Under the pieces are notes generated by a model. The model was not told the origin of the DNA. It did not search any database and worked only from the letters and a program-made list of their open reading frames with translations. From the NCBI GenBank assembly GCA_050309605.1, contig JBNRMN010000017.1, forward strand, positions 1-28,633: 28,633 nucleotides of DNA, given 5' to 3'. This document shows positions 8,116 through 16,335 of the stretch, in pieces. The first letter of the stretch is position 1. The number at the start of each line of letters is the position of its first letter. Both the position numbers and the translations under genes were made by a program. The DNA comes from Anaerohalosphaeraceae bacterium (lineage in GTDB: Bacteria > Planctomycetota > Phycisphaerae > Sedimentisphaerales > Anaerohalosphaeraceae).

Positions 8116-8880
8116 TCAAGCCGTGACAGGCAGCGTGATTTCGACGAGGTTGCCTGTGTCCGATGGGTCGGCGTTGAGAGCGAGCGATCCGCCGTGGGCT
8201 TGGACAACCTGCAGAACCAGCGGAATCTCCAAACCGCTGCCGAGCATATTGCGGCATCGTTCATGCGGCCTCAGCAACGTCCGGCACATGGCCGTCTCAA
8301 GCCGGGGGCCGCTGTCGCTGACCGTAATGCGCACGGCCTGCCCTGAATCAATAAGCTCCGCTGTGATCGCCACTTGCCCCGGTTTGTCATCCAGGTTATC
8401 CACCGCATTGACTAACAAATTCACAACCGTATCCCGAAGTTTTTCCCCGTCGGCGAGAATTGAACACGCCTCGATTTGTGTTCGATTTTCGAACGTGATG
8501 TGTCGCTGCGCAAAAAACGGCTCGATTTGCCGCACGGCCAGAGAAATGAGGGTATGAACGTTGCACGGCTCCGGATTTAACGGATAGTTTTTGGTGAATT
8601 TAATCAGATCAAGCTGAAATTTCTTCAACCGCCAAAAGCTCGGCTGATACAACTGCCAGGCTTGCCGAAGCCGGTCCATTTGGTCAGTGTCAAGCGCCAG
8701 ATCAATGATCTCGCCGCATCCCGACATCACCTGGAGTATATTTTTGACAAGATGTGCCAAATCCGCCACCGCCCGACCCGCCTCAGCCAGGCGCTCCTGC
8801 TCAATAGAATCCGAGGGCCGTGACAACGACGTGAGGCAATCTGCATTATCGGACGCTTGAATGGGTTTGTCTATATTCAT
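8116..8880 (-). CDS. Sensorless histidine kinase-like protein (DHp + degenerate HATPase_c)
   Basis: ERLAEAGRAVADLAHLVKNIL H-box, NLLVNAVD N-box, DSGPR G1, GSGLEI G2, VVQAHGGSL. Start uncertain; ATG 8880 is preferred. Confidence 0.82.
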   Translation of the reverse strand: MNIDKPIQASDNADCLTSLSRPSDSIEQERLAEAGRAVADLAHLVKNILQVMSGCGEIIDLALDTDQMDRLRQAWQLYQPSFWRLKKFQLDLIKFTKNYPLNPEPCNVHTLISLAVRQIEPFFAQRHITFENRTQIEACSILADGEKLRDTVVNLLVNAVDNLDDKPGQVAITAELIDSGQAVRITVSDSGPRLETAMCRTLLRPHERCRNMLGSGLEIPLVLQVVQAHGGSLALNADPSDTGNLVEITLPVTA

Positions 8881-9016
8881 ACTTTCTGCATCGTCAAAAT
8901 GATCCGAACAGATAAGAAAAAAAGCCAGATTCCACATCGCAGAATCTGGCTTCGGAGGAGGGTGATGAAAAGCCTGTATTTGTCGTTGCAAATCGTTGTA
9001 TATCACACTGTTGACT

Positions 9017-9045
9017 GTATCGTATGATATTGAACAAAAACTTTA
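9017..9045 (-). promoter_or_regulatory. Putative sigma-28-like promoter upstream of the sensorless kinase
   Basis: Minus strand TAAAGTTT-N13-TACGATAC. Shares TTAAAGTTT with the site upstream of fliA. Confidence 0.4.
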
Positions 9046-9211
9046 ACATTTCCAGTAAAAAAACCGAAAAATCTATCTTTATTATACCCCCAAACAGAAC
9101 CGCCGGGCCATAATTTTCTGTTGCATATCCTCGTCCGGCCCTTTATAGAAAGAGGAGTAAATTTTCGAAGAACACGTGATATGATTTCACTTGAACTATT
9201 ACGGACAGAAT

Positions 9212-11071
9212 ATGTCTAAATCTTTGTTGGTTGAAAAACTTGCTCAGGGGATTGTCATCGGCGATGGGGCCATGGGGACGCAACTGTATCAGCATGGGGC
9301 GTTTCTGAATACCTGCTTTGATGAATTGAACCTGACCCGTCCGGATCTGATCGAACAGATCCACGCTGACTATATCGCGGTGGGTTGCGATTTTATCGAG
9401 ACCAATACCTTCGGCGCCAATCCGGTCAAACTGGCACGATTCGGTTTGGCTGAAAAGTGTGAGTCCATCAACACCGAGGCGGTTCGTATTGCCCGCCGCG
9501 CCGCCGAACATTCCGGCGTGATGGTCGCCGGAGCCGTCGGACCGCTGGGACTGGACAATCCCCTGCCCTCGGCTGAACAGGCCGAGCAAAGCCTGGCAGT
9601 GTTTTCCCGCCAATGCGATGCGCTGGCCGCGGCCCAAGTGGATTTTTTCCTGCTGGAAACATTTACCGATGTTGCCGAACTGCTCACCGCCATTGAGGCG
9701 GCCGGCCGACATCCTGCCATCCCCATTGTTGCCCAATTGACCTGTACCGAGCAGTTCGAAACACCGTTCGGGACCCCCATTGATCAGGCTGTGGCGCAAA
9801 TCGTCGCCTGCAAAGGCGTTGTGGCGGCGGGACTGAACTGCTCAATCGGCCCGTCGGATATGCTCGAAGCACTCAAGCGGATCGTCGGCGTAACCGACAA
9901 GCCCGTTGCGATTCAGCCCAATGCCGGACTGCCCCGACGGGTGGAAGGGCGAACGCTGTATATGTGTACGCCGGAGTATATGGCCGAGTATGCCAAACGG
10001 TTCTTTGAACACGGCGCCCGCATCATCGGCGGCTGCTGCGGTACCACCCCCGATCATATCCGGCAAATTATCAAGGCAGTGCGCCCCCTGCATAAGGCGG
10101 TTTCACCCAAGGCCGCTGCCGGTCGTATCGCCGTCCGCCAGGCGGTCGCCGAGTCGGCTTTTGAACCGATCCCGCTGGCTGCCAAGAGCCGTCTTGGCCG
10201 CAAACTGGCCGAGCATCGCCCCATCACCTGCATCGAACTGACGCCGCCGCGAGGCGTGGATGTCAGCAAATTGCTGGACAGTGCCCGTCTGTGTGCCGAA
10301 CACGACATCGACGCGATCAACATTCCCGACGGGCCGCGGGCCAGCGCCCGTCTGTCGCCGCTGGTTTCCGCTCTGAAAATCGAACAGGCTGTCGGCATCG
10401 AAACGATTCTGCATATTTGCTGCCGCGACAAAAATCTCATCGGCCTGCAATCCGATCTGCTCGGCATCCACGCTGTCGGATTACGCAATGTCCTGATGAT
10501 CACGGGCGATCCGCCCAAACTGGGCGAGTATCCCGATGCTACGGGGGTGTTTGATCTGGATTCGGTGGCCCTGACGCAGGCGGCCTGCAACCTGAACTCC
10601 GGACGCGACATCGCCGGCAATGCGCTGCCCCAGCCGCTGGCCTTGACCCTCGGCGTCGGGGCCAATCCGGTCGCGTCCGATCTGCATCGGGAGATCGACC
10701 GCTTTCGCCTCAAGGCCCGGGCCGGCGCAGAGTATGCCATCACGCAGCCGGTGTTTGACACGGAGATGTTTTTCGCCTTTCAGGCGGCACTTGAGGATTG
10801 CACAATTCCATTTGTCGCGGGCATCTGGCCGTTTACCAGCTACAAAAACGCCGAGTTTATGGCCAATGAAGTGCCCGGCGTGGTCGTGCCGGAGGCGTTA
10901 TTGAATCGAATGGCCCAAGCGCAATCCGCAGAGGATGCCAGAAAAATCGGCGTTGAAATCGCCCATGAGATGATTGAAACGCTCGCACCGCATGTGGCCG
11001 GCTTTGCCGTCAGCGCGCCGTTCGGCAATGTACGGCTTGCCCTGGCGGCGCTGGGGCGACTGAGTCTATAG
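9212..11071 (+). CDS. yitJ: Bifunctional homocysteine S-methyltransferase / methylenetetrahydrofolate reductase
   Basis: DGAMGT, ETNTFGAN, GLNC and IGGCCGTTP zinc motifs, then an MTHFR domain (IELTPPRG, INIPDGPRA, ITGDPP, ITQPVFD). ATG 9212. Confidence 0.95.
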   Translation: MSKSLLVEKLAQGIVIGDGAMGTQLYQHGAFLNTCFDELNLTRPDLIEQIHADYIAVGCDFIETNTFGANPVKLARFGLAEKCESINTEAVRIARRAAEHSGVMVAGAVGPLGLDNPLPSAEQAEQSLAVFSRQCDALAAAQVDFFLLETFTDVAELLTAIEAAGRHPAIPIVAQLTCTEQFETPFGTPIDQAVAQIVACKGVVAAGLNCSIGPSDMLEALKRIVGVTDKPVAIQPNAGLPRRVEGRTLYMCTPEYMAEYAKRFFEHGARIIGGCCGTTPDHIRQIIKAVRPLHKAVSPKAAAGRIAVRQAVAESAFEPIPLAAKSRLGRKLAEHRPITCIELTPPRGVDVSKLLDSARLCAEHDIDAINIPDGPRASARLSPLVSALKIEQAVGIETILHICCRDKNLIGLQSDLLGIHAVGLRNVLMITGDPPKLGEYPDATGVFDLDSVALTQAACNLNSGRDIAGNALPQPLALTLGVGANPVASDLHREIDRFRLKARAGAEYAITQPVFDTEMFFAFQAALEDCTIPFVAGIWPFTSYKNAEFMANEVPGVVVPEALLNRMAQAQSAEDARKIGVEIAHEMIETLAPHVAGFAVSAPFGNVRLALAALGRLSL

Positions 11072-11099
11072 ACCCCGGACACCGCACTGGCGGCAGACG

Positions 11100-11963
11100 C
11101 TATGGGGTTTTGTGCTGAAGATTGCAGCGATCCATCAAAATGATTATTTTTTTGAAGGTCGCTTCCGACAACGCCTGGCGGAGCATCTTTTTGGCCTGTC
11201 CGATACCGGTGCGTCGAGACAGATGGGTGATGATGATGTGTTTATTGTTCATTCGTTCCAGCAGGGGGGCGAATTCGTCAATGTGCATATGTCGGCCCGC
11301 ATCGGCTCGCGCGGTGTGTTCGTCAGCAAAAAAGGTACATTCGGCGATGAGAATCTTACTGTTGGAGACATAGTCCAACTGTGCATAATCCACATAATGC
11401 GTATCGCCCAGATAACTGACCAGCGGAATCTGAATGGGGGTGTCGATCACCACGCCTTGTTTTTTCAGCTCGACCAGTTTGGGGCCGGTCAGGCCGCGAT
11501 ATTGGCGTTTGAGCTTTTTTCGTTTTTCGATGATGCAAAATCCCACGGCGTCCGGCGTATGTTTGGTGGGAAAGACCCGCGCAATCAGATTGGGTTTAAT
11601 GTTGATCTCATCGCCGGGGCGGACGGGAATCAGCTTGACTGGGATCCGGCTGCCGTCCAGTCGTCCCCAGCCGTCCAGAATCTGACGGATCGGCTCGATA
11701 GTGCTCGGCGGCGTCAGCACCGTGCCGGGCGATTGCCCGCAAAACGCCCGATGCGACAGATAATATGCGATTCCCGCCGCATGGTCGATGTGTCCATGGG
11801 TCAGCAGGACGTGATTGATTGAAATGAACTGATCGGGGGCCTTGCCGATGTCAAAACAGACATCAAGCTGCGGCAGGGCAACCACGGTTTCCTCGCCGCC
11901 CACCGAATATCCGTAAATCTCTAAATCATTGAGGGTTATCTGAGCTAAATTGTGGCTGGGCAT
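11100..11963 (-). CDS. Metallo-beta-lactamase-fold hydrolase, short RNase Z-like
   Basis: GYSVGGEET, FDIG, THGHIDH (HxHxDH), KKLK short arm, YLGDT, ECTF, HMH, THLSRR. ATG 11963. Confidence 0.85.
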   Translation of the reverse strand: MPSHNLAQITLNDLEIYGYSVGGEETVVALPQLDVCFDIGKAPDQFISINHVLLTHGHIDHAAGIAYYLSHRAFCGQSPGTVLTPPSTIEPIRQILDGWGRLDGSRIPVKLIPVRPGDEINIKPNLIARVFPTKHTPDAVGFCIIEKRKKLKRQYRGLTGPKLVELKKQGVVIDTPIQIPLVSYLGDTHYVDYAQLDYVSNSKILIAECTFFADEHTARADAGRHMHIDEFAPLLERMNNKHIIITHLSRRTGIGQAKKMLRQALSEATFKKIIILMDRCNLQHKTP

Positions 11964-11991
11964 TCTCAAAGTTCCTGTTATGAAAACAAAT

Positions 11992-12020
11992 ACTGTAGAA
12001 AAATCGGCGTCCAAAGTCAA
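11992..12020 (-). promoter_or_regulatory. Putative sigma-70 promoter for the RNase Z-like gene
   Basis: TTGACT-N17-TACAGT on the minus strand. Confidence 0.55.
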
Positions 12021-12037
12021 ATGTTTCTTTGAGCGAC

Positions 12038-12066
12038 TTGCCTGAAAAAGTCTCCGATGATACAAT
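12038..12066 (+). promoter_or_regulatory. Putative sigma-70 promoter for the DUF434 gene
   Basis: TTGCCT-N17-TACAAT, ending 6 nt before the ATG. Confidence 0.55.
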
Positions 12067-12072
12067 ATCGCT

Positions 12073-12801
12073 ATGCCTGATAAACGTTCTCATCGCGGCC
12101 CCGGTCCTCAGGATACCGCTTTGTTTGCCAAACGGCACATCGAACGGCTCCGGACTGCGGTGTTTGATCTGAACTGGCTGCTGAGCCATGGGTATGCCGA
12201 TAAATCCGCCCTCAAGCTCGTCGGCGACCGTTACCGTCTGACCGCGCGCCAGCGCACGGCAGTGATGCGGTGTGCCTGTTCGGAGCAGCAGCGGCAGCGG
12301 CGAGAAGACGGCGAAATCTGCGCCGAAGACCTGTACGGCAAGCCGGTTGCCATGGACGGCTATAACGTGCTGATTACGGTCGAGGCGGCCTTGAGCGGGG
12401 CGGTGTTGCTCAAAGGCGCCGACGGCTGCATCCGCGATCTGGCAAGCATCCACGGAACCTACCGCAAAGTCGAACAGACCCTGCCGGCGATTCGCTATAT
12501 TGCCTATGCGCTGGAACGGCTCGGTGTTGCTGACGTGCTGTGGCTGTTGGACAGCCCCGTCTCCAATTCCGGACGGCTCAAAAGCCTCATTCTTGAGTGG
12601 GCCGGACGCAACGACGCGCTCTGGCAGGTGGAACTGGTTCCAAACCCCGACAAGGTGTTAATCACGTCCGATCGCATTGTGCTGACCAGTGACAGCGCCG
12701 TACTGGATCATTGTCGAGGCTGGTTCAACTTCATTCCCCAGGTTCTTTGGGAAATCCCTTTTTCGAAAAAAGGACCGTGGCTGATTGAGTTGTCAGGCTG
12801 A
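12073..12801 (+). CDS. DUF434-domain protein
   Basis: MPDKRSHRGP..D..LF, DLNWLLSHGY...SALKLVGDRY.L..RQR, DGYNVLIT.E, DGCIRDLA, LLDSPVSNSG, TSDS..LD. Confidence 0.82.
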   Translation: MPDKRSHRGPGPQDTALFAKRHIERLRTAVFDLNWLLSHGYADKSALKLVGDRYRLTARQRTAVMRCACSEQQRQRREDGEICAEDLYGKPVAMDGYNVLITVEAALSGAVLLKGADGCIRDLASIHGTYRKVEQTLPAIRYIAYALERLGVADVLWLLDSPVSNSGRLKSLILEWAGRNDALWQVELVPNPDKVLITSDRIVLTSDSAVLDHCRGWFNFIPQVLWEIPFSKKGPWLIELSG

Positions 12802-12836
12802 CTGTCGGCACTCTGTGGGGCAGGCGCCGCAGGCGT

Positions 12837-13187
12837 CTATGTCTGATAGGCAATCGGTACCAGACAGATAAAGCGGGCCGGGTTCGTGTCGGAACAATTT
12901 TTGAACTGATGCCGTTCATTGGGCGCCACCAGCAGCACATCGTTCGGTTTGAGCGGTATTTCCCCATCATCGGTAACCAGCGCCACATCCCCTTCGAGTA
13001 CAATAACCTCATGCTCAAAATCATGCGCATGAAACGGTGTATGGCCGGATGGAGCGGCCTCAAACAAACGCATGGCAAACGTTGGCGCTTGATCCTGCGG
13101 GCCGATCAGCACGCGAACGGTGACATTGTCGGCCCCTTCCATCACGACCGGCTGGGCGGGAACCTCAAACATATTTTTGATCATCAT
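12837..13187 (-). CDS. Cupin-domain protein
   Basis: VRVLIGPQDQAPTFAMRLFE..P.GHTPFHAHDFEHEVIVLEG and PNERHQFKN cupin metal motifs. Confidence 0.92.
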   Translation of the reverse strand: MMIKNMFEVPAQPVVMEGADNVTVRVLIGPQDQAPTFAMRLFEAAPSGHTPFHAHDFEHEVIVLEGDVALVTDDGEIPLKPNDVLLVAPNERHQFKNCSDTNPARFICLVPIAYQT

Positions 13188-13229
13188 CGTGATTGGGCCT
13201 TTCAGAAAAGAGCGATCCTGGAAGAATGG

Positions 13230-15467
13230 TCAGACTTTCGGCAGTCCGACAAAGACAGTTGTACCCTCATCGGGTCTGCTTTCAAGCCGAAGCGTCCCCT
13301 CGTTCAGCAGCAGCAATCGGCGGGCGTGCGCCAGTCCCATTCCGCGGCGTCGTCCCGCCGGGCAATGTGAAAAGAACGGCTCGGTGGCTTTTTGCAGTGT
13401 TTCAAGATCCATTCCGCAGCCTCTGTCGCGGATGATTAGCCGCACGGCGTTGTCCTCGGCCCGCGGCTCGGATTCAATTCGAATCGGTCCGTTCTGTCCG
13501 GGATAGGCCTGCAGGGCGTTGCTGAAAATCTGTGACAGTACCTCGGTGATCTGATGCACATCCACATATATCGATTCTTCTTCATCAATGACGGCTTCGA
13601 TTTCAAGACTGTTGAGCTGATGCTGTGTGCAGGTTTTTTCCACGGCTTTTTGAATCAATTCGCCCAGTGCAACCCGCCGTTTTTCAGGCGGCGAGGGTTT
13701 GGCAAAGCTCATCAGATCGGAAATAATCTGAGCGATGTCCTCGGTGCGCTGCTGAATCTGCCGAAGCATCTGCTTTTTTGTATCGTCCTCCTCCGCGGCC
13801 ATCAGCAGTTGCGCCCGCCCTGAAATCACCGCCAGCGGGTTGTTCAATTCGTGAGCGGCGCCGGCGGCCATTTCGGCCAGGCCCTGCATCGAGTGCGTTT
13901 TGGCCAGCTCGGTGCGCGTCCGTCGCAGCGTGCCGAGCATCTTCACAAATCGGTCGGATAAGTCATCATGCTTTTGAGTATTCAGCGCCATCGCCATCGC
14001 AAAAGCCGCAATCCGACAGGCCGTCTCACATCGACGCCGATCAAATTCATTCGGTTCCATCAGCTCAAACAGCAGCAAACCGGCCGTTTTATCCTGAACC
14101 GCCAGCGGTGCGATACGCATCTGAGCGGGGTTCAGATCCGTCTGAATCGGTTCCATCAGCCAATCGGCCGTGCCGCATACCGGCGCGATATCAAACGGTT
14201 GTTTCAGCGTTTCGGGGATGACCGACTGCTCCGGCGGCGGCTGAACTGAAACGATAGCGGTTTTTCCGTCGCGTCCGACAACCGCCATCTCAATCGGCAT
14301 CTCCGGCACGTCCTTTGCCTCGCCGAGTACCGCCACCGCCGTCGTCCCGCAAAGATAGTGTTTCCGCCAGAATGCTGCAAAATGCTCAGCCACCTCGATC
14401 GGGCTGCTGTAAGCCGAAATGTTGTCCAGAAATCCGCCAATCAGGGCATTTTGATCGTTCAGGGTCGCAACCTGATGCGATGCTTCAGTGAGCGATTGAT
14501 TATCGCGTGCCAGTCCCACGGCGGTATGCTGAACAGCGGTGATGTATGCATGCGAGCCTTCCTGCGGCGAGCACTGGAGCATCTGACATTGCCGGGTGAC
14601 GCTCAGCGGCAATTCATCCTGAACGTGCTGCATCTGATCGGAGGTCAGCTTGAGAAACTCCGCCCATTCATTGAGATCCTCCGGCTCGTTATAAGAGCCG
14701 CTTTGACCGAGTGCCGCTTTTCGTGCGATTCGGTCCGCCAGCGCGATCACGGCCGGCAGCAGCGGTTCCGGCTCAAGGGCCTCCAGCGTATGCGGATCGG
14801 TATGATGCAGCCAGATACTGGAGACAATCGAGGTCGGAAGCTGCCACTTTTCGGCAAGCCGCTTGCCCAGCATCGCATGGTCCAGCCCCAACTGATCCTG
14901 TTCAATCTCATAGAGTTCACATCCCGTATCGCGGGCCTGCTGAATCAGCCGTTCAAAACTTTTGGGCATAATCTCGTCCAGCGCCGGCTTGCCCAGATCG
15001 TGCAGCAATCCCGCCAGATAGGCCGCGGGACGCTGTTCCGGCGGCAGTACAAATTGCGCCAGCAGCTCGGCACAGCAGGCCGTCGCCAGACTGTGCAGGG
15101 CCAATTGACGCCGCGGCAAAAGCCGTCGGCTCTCGCTCTCGGCTGTCCAGTTCAGCGTGGGAAACACCTTGGCCGACAAAATGGCCTCGCGCAGCGCTTC
15201 ACGCGGCAAGCACGCCACGGCTTCGGCAATCGTGGCCCGTCCGTCGGTAAAAGCGATTCGCTCCCGCGCCGCCAGCGATAAAATCAGCGCACTTAAGGCC
15301 GAGTCTGTCTGAATCACAGCCGCCATACGGCTCGTCTCGCACGGCGCCTCGGCCAGCAGCGTCAGCAGTTCGGCGGCAACTTCCGGCAAAGTTGATAATC
15401 CGCCGCTGCGCCGAAGAATCCGCTCAATCTGTCGTGCGGCGGCCTGCTGTTGAACATGTTTGCCCAT
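13230..15467 (-). CDS. Cytoplasmic HDOD-domain histidine kinase
   Basis: N-terminal HDOD (LSTLPEVA, HSLATA, AGLLHDLGK, DHAMLG..LAEKWQLP, LHH), then a central region, then AHELNNPL, DRGCGM, EPFFS, GMGLA. Confidence 0.92.
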   Translation of the reverse strand: MGKHVQQQAAARQIERILRRSGGLSTLPEVAAELLTLLAEAPCETSRMAAVIQTDSALSALILSLAARERIAFTDGRATIAEAVACLPREALREAILSAKVFPTLNWTAESESRRLLPRRQLALHSLATACCAELLAQFVLPPEQRPAAYLAGLLHDLGKPALDEIMPKSFERLIQQARDTGCELYEIEQDQLGLDHAMLGKRLAEKWQLPTSIVSSIWLHHTDPHTLEALEPEPLLPAVIALADRIARKAALGQSGSYNEPEDLNEWAEFLKLTSDQMQHVQDELPLSVTRQCQMLQCSPQEGSHAYITAVQHTAVGLARDNQSLTEASHQVATLNDQNALIGGFLDNISAYSSPIEVAEHFAAFWRKHYLCGTTAVAVLGEAKDVPEMPIEMAVVGRDGKTAIVSVQPPPEQSVIPETLKQPFDIAPVCGTADWLMEPIQTDLNPAQMRIAPLAVQDKTAGLLLFELMEPNEFDRRRCETACRIAAFAMAMALNTQKHDDLSDRFVKMLGTLRRTRTELAKTHSMQGLAEMAAGAAHELNNPLAVISGRAQLLMAAEEDDTKKQMLRQIQQRTEDIAQIISDLMSFAKPSPPEKRRVALGELIQKAVEKTCTQHQLNSLEIEAVIDEEESIYVDVHQITEVLSQIFSNALQAYPGQNGPIRIESEPRAEDNAVRLIIRDRGCGMDLETLQKATEPFFSHCPAGRRRGMGLAHARRLLLLNEGTLRLESRPDEGTTVFVGLPKV

Positions 15468-15491
15468 CGAAGCTGTCCTTGTGTTGAAGGT

Positions 15492-16088
15492 TTAGGCGGA
15501 AACCGTCTCGGTTGAGACCACGTCCACGATGCGATCCACCAGGCGGGCGATGTCGAACGGTTTTTTCATAAAATCCGCCGCTCCAGCCTGCAAAAGTCCT
15601 TCAATTTCATCCTGATTGACCACGCCGCTGACAATGATAATCCGGATAGTGGAAAAATGCGGATTGCGTTTGATGGTCTGGCACACAATATTGCCGTTGA
15701 CGTCCGGCAGCATATAATCAAGGATAATCACATCCGGCATAAACTGCTGCGTGACCAAGCCTGCGTCGTAGCCGCTGGTCGCGGTGCGCACCTCAAACCG
15801 TCCGTCGCGATTCAGGACATCCACCATCAATTCCACGATTTCCTGGTCGTCATCGACAATCAGTATCTTGATTCTGCCCGGACGCTCGGCGATCAGATTA
15901 TCCAGCGGAATCCCGTTTTCTTTCATAAATCGAATCAGGCTGTCGCGCGGGATGCGACGGAATCGTGAGCCGGGAACGCGAAACCCGTCCAGTTTTCCGG
16001 AGTCAAAACATCGGATGATAGTCTGCTGGCTGATATTGCAGATTTCCGCCGCCTCACCGGTCGTAAATAAGTTCTTCATCTTCTCCAT
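15492..16088 (-). CDS. Response regulator with N-terminal excisionase-like HTH and C-terminal receiver domain
   Basis: FTTGEAAEICNISQQTIIRCFDSGKL.GFRVPGSRFRRIPR, then ILIVDDD...ILDYMLPD...VSG...KKPF. Confidence 0.93.
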   Translation of the reverse strand: MEKMKNLFTTGEAAEICNISQQTIIRCFDSGKLDGFRVPGSRFRRIPRDSLIRFMKENGIPLDNLIAERPGRIKILIVDDDQEIVELMVDVLNRDGRFEVRTATSGYDAGLVTQQFMPDVIILDYMLPDVNGNIVCQTIKRNPHFSTIRIIIVSGVVNQDEIEGLLQAGAADFMKKPFDIARLVDRIVDVVSTETVSA

Positions 16089-16267
16089 ATTCTGCCTCTT
16101 GCAAATAAGGTTGCGCCTGCGTCCTGCCTATATTACGCTATTTGACTAAATTAACTATCGGCACACTATCCTGTCAAGCATGAATATTTGTTGTTTTTAA
16201 CGCTGAAAATCGCAAAATTATCGTTCAATTTCAAAACTGCCCATCCGCGACTTCACGCAAAAATGCG

Positions 16268-16295
16268 TTGACTTGAGGCGGGAATTTGATATAGT
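16268..16295 (+). promoter_or_regulatory. Putative sigma-70 promoter for purF-purM
   Basis: TTGACT-N16-TATAGT with an extended TGn; GAGGA RBS before ATG 16336. Confidence 0.55.
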
Positions 16296-16335
16296 TTGAT
16301 TTTTGCAACCCCTTATCCCTGAATAACGAGGACTT

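Noticed and set aside
9050..9211. SAM riboswitch or T-box upstream of yitJ
   Set aside because: Short AT-rich leader with no aptamer consensus or terminator.
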